The translations under genes and the position numbers were made by a program. 64,000 nt of DNA from assembly GCA_965217895.1 (NCBI GenBank), contig CBDCJV010000002.1, positions 4,064,001-4,128,000 of the forward strand. Reading direction: 5' to 3'. Of the stretch, positions 58,311 to 64,000 are shown piece by piece. The stretch's first letter is position 1. The number at the start of each line of letters is the position of its first letter. The notes beneath the pieces are model-generated. The model was not told the DNA's origin and did not search any database. It saw only the letters and a list, made by a program, of their open reading frames with translations. This stretch comes from Waterburya sp. (lineage in GTDB: Bacteria > Cyanobacteriota > Cyanobacteriia > Cyanobacteriales > Xenococcaceae).

Positions 58311-58595
58311 TTAACTTCGAGGATTATGAGCTTCCATATACGCTCGTAGTAACTTATTAATTTGAGTCTGATAGCCTTTACCTTGAGATTTGAACCAATT
58401 TAAAACATCGCGATCGATTCGCAAAGTAACTTGAGACTTCTTTCGATCTTGAGGTAAACCCTTTCTGACTAATGCTTTGGCAAATTGCTCTGGCGTAATC
58501 TCAGGACAATCGGATAGATCGATCTCTTCGTCAGTCATAAGATCGAGCCTGTTCCAGTCTGTTTTAGATTTGCTCGAAGTAGGTTCTTTGTTCAT
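58311..58595 (-). CDS. brnA: BrnA antitoxin
   Basis: TDW.RL..MTDEEID.SD.PE, VTLRID.DVL.WFKSQG.GYQTQIN.LLR. Confidence 0.9.
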   Translation of the reverse strand: MNKEPTSSKSKTDWNRLDLMTDEEIDLSDCPEITPEQFAKALVRKGLPQDRKKSQVTLRIDRDVLNWFKSQGKGYQTQINKLLRAYMEAHNPRS

Positions 58596-58833
58596 ATTTA
58601 GTTGCTTTTCTGAGTGAAATGATGCGGATGAGATCTTCACTTTCTGTATGAACAATGGCAACAACGCGCCCTTGAAGCAAACCAAAAGTTACGAATCTTT
58701 CTTCTCCATAATCAAATCGGTCGTTTTCAATAGTTAGGATCGCTCCGTTAAAAACTGGCGGAACATCTAGAAAATCTATACCGTGCTTACAGAGATTAGA
58801 AATTCGTTTTGATTTATCCTATTCAAATTGCAT
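58564..58833 (-). pseudogene. brnT: BrnT toxin with an amber stop at codon 5
   Basis: MQFE*(TAG 58819-58821, in place of the W of FEWD)DKSKRISNLCKHGIDF...DYGEERF...VHTE...RIISLRKA...EQI*. Confidence 0.9.
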
Positions 58834-58838
58834 ATTCT

Positions 58839-58869
58839 ATATTGTAACTACAAATTGTCGTTACAATAT
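58839..58869. promoter_or_regulatory. Putative BrnTA operator palindrome
   Basis: ATATTGTAACTACAA-A-TTGTCGTTACAATAT (one mismatch) just upstream of brnT. Confidence 0.6.
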
Positions 58870-58909
58870 TATGAATCTAATTAATTTTATAGTTTTTCAA
58901 TGAACTGCT

Positions 58910-59095
58910 TTTGTTTATTTATAGTTTGACTACCACTTAATTATGCTGCGTTTAGCAAACTAAGAAACTCACTGTTTTTCTAAGTCAGTGGGAGACTCCG
59001 CAACAAAAATGCGTCCTTGTTCGGTAGTAAACTGGTAGTCATGCCACAGGGTTCTGCATGATCGCCGACTGCTACCTCGCTATTACTTCTCGCCT
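58910..59095 (-). ncRNA. ssaA: Probable 6S RNA; ends approximate
   Basis: About 185 nt GC-richer intergenic block. The minus strand folds by hand as a rod: GCGAGGUAGCAG with UUGCUAAACGC, AGAACCCUGU with ACAGUGAGUUUCU, a central bubble, and an apical GGAC-GCA..UGC-GUCU stem. AT-rich -10-like sequence upstream. Confidence 0.6.
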
Positions 59096-59205
59096 CTTTA
59101 TTAATATTTAACTTCACTGCGATCGCTTTAACTAAGCGCGTTAATAATATAGTTACATTGAACATCAATCGCTAAAACCATGATTTAAACTAGCCGAAAA
59201 TGGCA

Positions 59206-62200
59206 CTATCTGCGTGCTAACAAGGCTGCTACTGTATCAATTAATTCTTGTGGCTGAACGGGTTTTCCCAGATAGTCTGTTGCACCTAATCGTTTAGCTT
59301 CTTGCTTATGGCGATCGCCTGTACGCGAAGTTGCCATAATTACTGGCGTATTTTTAAAAGCGGGCTGGGCGCGGACTTTTGCTAATAGTTCAAAGCCATT
59401 GAGTCGAGGCATTTCCACATCGGAAACAATCAAATCGATTCTGCCTGTATATTGTTCTGTTTGCTCTAACGCTTCTTGTCCATCACGGCATACAATTACT
59501 TTGTAACCAACAGCAGTTAATATTTTATCCAACATTTTTCTCGTAGCAATAGAATCCTCGGCAATTAAGATAGTAGAGGTGTTGCTGGCTTGAGTAACGG
59601 ATTTTGCTTTGAGTGAACCTGTGGTAACAGCACTTTGCTCCAAGCCTTGAGGCAGAATTACGGGAATTACTTCTCCTGAGCCTAGTACAGTACAGCCTAC
59701 CATATAAGCTGGTACGGGAATAGTTTCATCAAAAGGTTTAATAATCAATTTTTCTTCTTTGACAATGGCATCTACCACAATTGTCACAGGTTCAAAGGCT
59801 GTTTCTAAAACGATCGCAACTTTCTCTAAGCTCAGTTGAAAAGGTTCTCTGGGACAGGGAAACAGATTAGAGGCAGAAGTTAAGGTAACAACTCGATTGT
59901 GCCAATTGATATATTGTTTCCGCTCATCGGTAAAGTCCAATTCCCGATAGGGCAGTATTTCTAAAACGCTAGTGTGAGGAAAAGCTATAATTTGATTCTG
60001 TAGCTGAACCAGTAACAAAGACTGTAGGCTGAGGTTTAAAGGTAAGGTGATTGTAAACGTCGTGCCTAAACCAGCATCAGTTTGGATCTGTAATTGACCT
60101 TTCAATTGACGAATTAAATTGAGGACAATATCTAGCCCCATACCTCGACCAGAAATATCACTAACTTTGGCTGCGGTAGAAAAATCAGGCTCAAAAATCC
60201 AGTTTAAAATTTCTCCTGGCTGAAAGTCTTTAATTGATTTTTCGGGAGGACAAATTCCTCTCTCTACTGCACGATTGTAGACTTTTTCAATACTAATTCC
60301 TCCTCCATCATCTTTGATCGTAATTACTAAGCTATTTCTTTGTAGCTTGGAAGTTAACTGTATAATTGCCGTTTCTGGTTTCTTAGCAGCAAGACGCTCG
60401 TATTTGGACTCGATACCATGATCGAAAGCGTTATTGAGCAGATGAGTTAAGGGAGTTTGTAGCTGTTCGAGTAATATTTGATCGACAGGAGTATTTTTTC
60501 CTTCAATTTTTAAATCAACTAGCTTATCAAATCGTTGACTTAAGCCAATAATTTGGGGAACAAACCTTTTAGCTAACAAATCAAAAGGAACTAGTCGTGA
60601 ATCAGTAACTTCAGAATATAGGTTGTCTAGATTATTGCGAGTTTGTTCAATATCTTCAGCAAACTCTCGCTCGACAAAATCAATGTCAGTGCGAGTTTCT
60701 TGGATCTGGAGCATTAATTCTTGAAACAATTGCAGGCTACTGTGTAAATCTGTGTAGCGATCCATTTCCAAAGAATCGAAGCCTTCGTTAGCTTTTTGAG
60801 CATTACCTATGGTTGGGGATACATCACCAGAACCAATTGCCAGGCGATCGTATAAATTCTGAATTTGCTCTCGAATCGGTTCAAACTGACGGGTCAGCGA
60901 TCGCAAGCGACGATTTGCTTGGTTTAACTGTTGTTGTTGGCGACCAAAACGAGAGTAGGTCAAAATCAACTCCTCTACGTTGTTGGTCATGTCCTGTAGT
61001 CTTTCTAAGGGAATTTTTAGCTGATTAGCAGCAGGCTTTTTAGATTCTTCTGCTACTTTGGTAATCATTTTAGCTGCGGACACCTCAGCAGGGGCAAACA
61101 TTACGGTAGCTGGTGCGGCCTCATCCTCTTCATCTTCAGAGCCAAAAAATCCTGCTTCATCTAGTTCCTCATTTTCGTCTAATTCCTGCTCTACATCTTC
61201 GCTATATAATTCTTCTGCATCTTCTTCACTATCAATCAATGCCTGCTCATTAACCCCTGTCAAATTCTCTAAATAAGAATCGCGCCGTTGACGAATCTGC
61301 TGGGCTAATTCCTGTACTGTTAATAAAGCTTCTAGAGGATCGGCTTCAGCTATCAGCGTGCCGATTTCTGATACCGCTTCAATTAACCAAGGCAAGGATA
61401 AAGTTTCCCCAAAAAAAGTACATTCATCCCCAAAGCCAGTCACCGCCTCATTGATAACTTCTTCTGGCGTATCTAAAGCTAAGTCTAAGATCCCTTGGCA
61501 TAAGTCTTCTAAATCCTGATTAAGAGTGTTGGCGACAAATTCATAGTTATTTGCTGTTTCTGGTTCAGACTCTTGATTAACATCAATATTGCTGAGATAA
61601 TCTGCAATCTCAGTTCTTAGCTGGGTAATAATTTCTTTGGTTAGTAACAATGCTTCAACCGCATCCGATTCTTGTAGAGTCTCGGTAATTGGTGCAGCAA
61701 CTTCTCCTAACCAGGATAAATCCAGAGTTTCTGCCAAGAACGTACATTCATCAGCAAATCCTGACAAAAGAGACTCAATAACTTCTTCGGGGGTATCTAG
61801 CTCTAATTCTTCAATAACCACAAAGCTATTTTCTAAGTCTACGGTCAAGGTACTGTAAACCAGGGCATCTTGGCTACTATTGTCGTCACTTTCCCCAGTA
61901 GAATATTCAGAATATTCCTGGGTATCTGAACTAAAGCCGACCAAAGACTCTAGAGCCGTAATTAATTCAGGATTGGCGATCGCATTATCTACCGTGCGAG
62001 CCTGACTTAAAATATAGCCTACTTCGTCAATACTTTTTTCTACTAACGCCCAAGCCAAATCTAGTTCGGCAATTTTTCCTTCCTGAATCCCTAGCATCAC
62101 GTCTTCTAATTTATGAGCTAAGTTTTGCAGGCTAGTCAAACAAGCTAAACCTGCTCCCCCTTTAAGAGAATGGGCAGCCCGCAATAAATCAGTAAAATTA

Positions 62201-62328
62201 GGATCGGCACGATCTTGTAAACCTTGTTCGAGCATCTGAAGATATTCGGGAGCATCTTCATCTAAAAAGCACTGGCGGGCTTCGGCGGTAATAGCGGCGA
62301 GAATTTCAGGGTCTAACTGGGAACTCAT
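59206..62328 (-). CDS. cheA: CheA-like hybrid histidine kinase (Hpt, HATPase, CheW, REC)
   Basis: LRAAHSLKGGA, HLLNNAFDHGIE, DDGGG, FSTA...SGRGMGLD, CheW domain, C-terminal REC (AEDS, SDVEMP, KP). Confidence 0.93.
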   Translation of the reverse strand: MSSQLDPEILAAITAEARQCFLDEDAPEYLQMLEQGLQDRADPNFTDLLRAAHSLKGGAGLACLTSLQNLAHKLEDVMLGIQEGKIAELDLAWALVEKSIDEVGYILSQARTVDNAIANPELITALESLVGFSSDTQEYSEYSTGESDDNSSQDALVYSTLTVDLENSFVVIEELELDTPEEVIESLLSGFADECTFLAETLDLSWLGEVAAPITETLQESDAVEALLLTKEIITQLRTEIADYLSNIDVNQESEPETANNYEFVANTLNQDLEDLCQGILDLALDTPEEVINEAVTGFGDECTFFGETLSLPWLIEAVSEIGTLIAEADPLEALLTVQELAQQIRQRRDSYLENLTGVNEQALIDSEEDAEELYSEDVEQELDENEELDEAGFFGSEDEEDEAAPATVMFAPAEVSAAKMITKVAEESKKPAANQLKIPLERLQDMTNNVEELILTYSRFGRQQQQLNQANRRLRSLTRQFEPIREQIQNLYDRLAIGSGDVSPTIGNAQKANEGFDSLEMDRYTDLHSSLQLFQELMLQIQETRTDIDFVEREFAEDIEQTRNNLDNLYSEVTDSRLVPFDLLAKRFVPQIIGLSQRFDKLVDLKIEGKNTPVDQILLEQLQTPLTHLLNNAFDHGIESKYERLAAKKPETAIIQLTSKLQRNSLVITIKDDGGGISIEKVYNRAVERGICPPEKSIKDFQPGEILNWIFEPDFSTAAKVSDISGRGMGLDIVLNLIRQLKGQLQIQTDAGLGTTFTITLPLNLSLQSLLLVQLQNQIIAFPHTSVLEILPYRELDFTDERKQYINWHNRVVTLTSASNLFPCPREPFQLSLEKVAIVLETAFEPVTIVVDAIVKEEKLIIKPFDETIPVPAYMVGCTVLGSGEVIPVILPQGLEQSAVTTGSLKAKSVTQASNTSTILIAEDSIATRKMLDKILTAVGYKVIVCRDGQEALEQTEQYTGRIDLIVSDVEMPRLNGFELLAKVRAQPAFKNTPVIMATSRTGDRHKQEAKRLGATDYLGKPVQPQELIDTVAALLARR

Positions 62329-62405
62329 GTTGGATAAGACTGCGCCTTGGTAAGATTAGTTAGGTAATAAAAAGTTTGTTTAAAGCTATGAAGCTTTTCT
62401 TAAGC

Positions 62406-64000
62406 TTAAAGTTTAAATTGCGATATCGACGATTGGAGAGTTTCTGCTTCTTGAACCAGAGTTTTCAGTGATTTCACCACGTTTTGGGCTTCAGTGGAAT
62501 TAGTTTTTGCTACTAGAGCAATACCATTAATTTTTTCATTGACCTGCTTGGAATTATCAGTTTGCTTTGTGGTGTTGGTAGAAATTGATTTTAAATAATC
62601 ATCAATTTGTTGACTAGTGTTCGCCAAACTTTGAAGGTTAAGTTTGGTCATGCGTACTAGTTCACTACCGTTTACTACTTCTGAGGTGCTAGTTTCCATC
62701 CCTTGCAGTACCGAAGTGGTATCTTGCTGAATTGCCGTCACTAGTTGTTGAATATCCTTGGTTGATTCGGTAATTCGATCTGCCAGACGACGGACTTCTT
62801 CGGCAACAATTCTAAATCCTTCTCCGTGTTCCCCTGCCCGCGCTGCCTCAACTGAAGCGTTAAAAGCCAGTAAGTTTGTTTTCTCAGAAATACCTGAAAT
62901 AATTTCTACAATTTGGGCAATTTCTTGAGAAGATTCTGCAAGCTGCTTTACTTTTTTCGAGGTATTGGCAACGGTAGTCCGAATTTTTTCGATACTGTGA
63001 ACCGTTGCGTCCATCGCTAAATCCCCTTCTTTAGCTTGAATTGAACCATTACGGGCAATTTTAGCAGCCTCTTGAGCATAGTCAGCAATTGTTTTTACCG
63101 ATTGATTAATTTCGTCGATACTGCTTAACGCCTGCTCGATTTCTGCTGCTTGAATCAGGGCAGATTCTGAAAGCTGTCGTACCGAACCTTCCCCAGCTAG
63201 AGACAATTGACCGACATCGGCAGATACAGTTTGAACTTTTTGCAGTAATCCCTGTAATTTTTTGAGAGTCGAGTTAAAGGCATCAGCAATTGAGCCGACT
63301 GCACCATCACTCATAGCTGCTCTAACGGTTAAATCTCCTCTTTGCGCTCCCTCTACGTCCATCAGCAGACTCATTACCCCTTGTTGTAGAGTTTCTCTTT
63401 GTTGCTGCTGATTTTTAGCTTCTCGCTCTTGAGTATAAAGCAAATCTTGAATCTGTCCTGCCATTTTGTTGATGTTAGAGCTTAAATTAGCTAATTCATC
63501 CTGTCCAGTAATAGGTATACGAACATCAAATTTCCCTTTGCCTATTTCGTCAATGGCATCACTAGCTTCTAGAAGAGGTTTAGTGATTTTGGTTGCGAGG
63601 GCTGAGGCGACTAAACCGACTAAAGCTATCAAGACAGCACTACTTAGTCCCAAAGTTAAGCCTAAGTTTTTTTGAACTGTGGACTTTTCCTCTTGTGTCA
63701 TTTTTTCTGGCAATGCCTGATTAACATAGTAATAGGCTGTTGAACCAATGGTAACAGTTGGTATGATACTCAGGAAAAATACCATTAACGGGACTTTGAG
63801 TTTTAAACTTAGATTCTGCCCAAACCAACCTTGAGAATCGGTTGGAATAACATGAAATTCTTTTGTCAGCAAAGATGGTTTGGATTTTTGCAAATTAGCC
63901 AACGCTTCCCTGGCGACATTACCGTAATTACCATTGGGATCTAGGACGGCAATTTCTTGGTAAATAGCGATCGCTTTTTCTATTTCTCCCGTACTTTCCA
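62406..64000 (-). CDS. Methyl-accepting chemotaxis protein (5' end outside the window)
   Basis: Two TMs, HAMP, signalling domain ISEKTNLLAFNASVEAARAGEHGEGF. The frame stays open past 63902 to the window edge (ESTGEIEKAIAIYQEIAVLDPNG, TPR-like). Confidence 0.92.
   Translation of the reverse strand, partial: ESTGEIEKAIAIYQEIAVLDPNGNYGNVAREALANLQKSKPSLLTKEFHVIPTDSQGWFGQNLSLKLKVPLMVFFLSIIPTVTIGSTAYYYVNQALPEKMTQEEKSTVQKNLGLTLGLSSAVLIALVGLVASALATKITKPLLEASDAIDEIGKGKFDVRIPITGQDELANLSSNINKMAGQIQDLLYTQEREAKNQQQQRETLQQGVMSLLMDVEGAQRGDLTVRAAMSDGAVGSIADAFNSTLKKLQGLLQKVQTVSADVGQLSLAGEGSVRQLSESALIQAAEIEQALSSIDEINQSVKTIADYAQEAAKIARNGSIQAKEGDLAMDATVHSIEKIRTTVANTSKKVKQLAESSQEIAQIVEIISGISEKTNLLAFNASVEAARAGEHGEGFRIVAEEVRRLADRITESTKDIQQLVTAIQQDTTSVLQGMETSTSEVVNGSELVRMTKLNLQSLANTSQQIDDYLKSISTNTTKQTDNSKQVNEKINGIALVAKTNSTEAQNVVKSLKTLVQEAETLQSSISQFKL

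Larger units (their letters stand above)
1..64000. repeat. HIP1 octamer GCGATCGC and STRR heptamer tracts dispersed across the window
   Basis: Dozens of GCGATCGC copies in coding and intergenic DNA. Heptamer runs such as (TTCATTG)n ~21281-21314, (TTAGCTT)n ~22678-22713 and (TGCTACT)n ~49655-49681. Confidence 0.95.

Noticed and set aside
470..58833. Systematic amber recoding to explain the TAG codons in two toxins
   Set aside because: Intact genes here end at TAG (e.g. 2328, 29549, 46090), and the vapC also has a frameshift.
58980..59168. 62 aa ORF on the minus strand
   Set aside because: TTG start, no homology cues, and it overlaps the probable 6S RNA.
936..63675. Many 60-140 aa ORFs antisense to or out of frame within well-supported genes (e.g. 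2665-2937, 6694-7053, 37028-37447, 50204-50464)
   Set aside because: Shadow ORFs with no motifs or RBS.
1..64000. CRISPR array
   Set aside because: No regularly spaced 25-40 bp repeats with unique spacers. The repeats seen are heptamer tracts or dispersed pairs, and there are no cas genes.

Overview
AT-rich cyanobacterial chromosome segment. The HIP1 octamer GCGATCGC and STRR-type heptamer repeats occur throughout, and raf1, ndhP, nrdB, rnr and a CheA/MCP pair are present. Most of 1-30.6 kb and 42-64 kb is ordinary backbone. Features missing from the ORF track include NdhP (28878-29000), a probable 6S RNA (~58910-59095), two toxin genes broken by amber codons (VapC 470-924, BrnT 58564-58833) and several gene remnants. 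The 30.7-42 kb accessory island is the most unusual part. It holds a decayed minus-strand cluster of pyruvate decarboxylase remnant, fumC, malic enzyme and YoaK, with three copies of the fumC 5' end. One copy is fused in frame to an AraC regulator, and the junction lies exactly at a HIP1 site. A ~140 bp promoter region is duplicated within the island. At 47-51 kb, a near-identical 20 bp CRP/FNR-type box precedes both a response regulator-Crp gene pair and a DTD-motif cyanorhodopsin, which suggests a small local regulon. No CRISPR array, rRNA, tRNA or intact transposase was seen. All family assignments come from motif recognition by eye, not from database searches.
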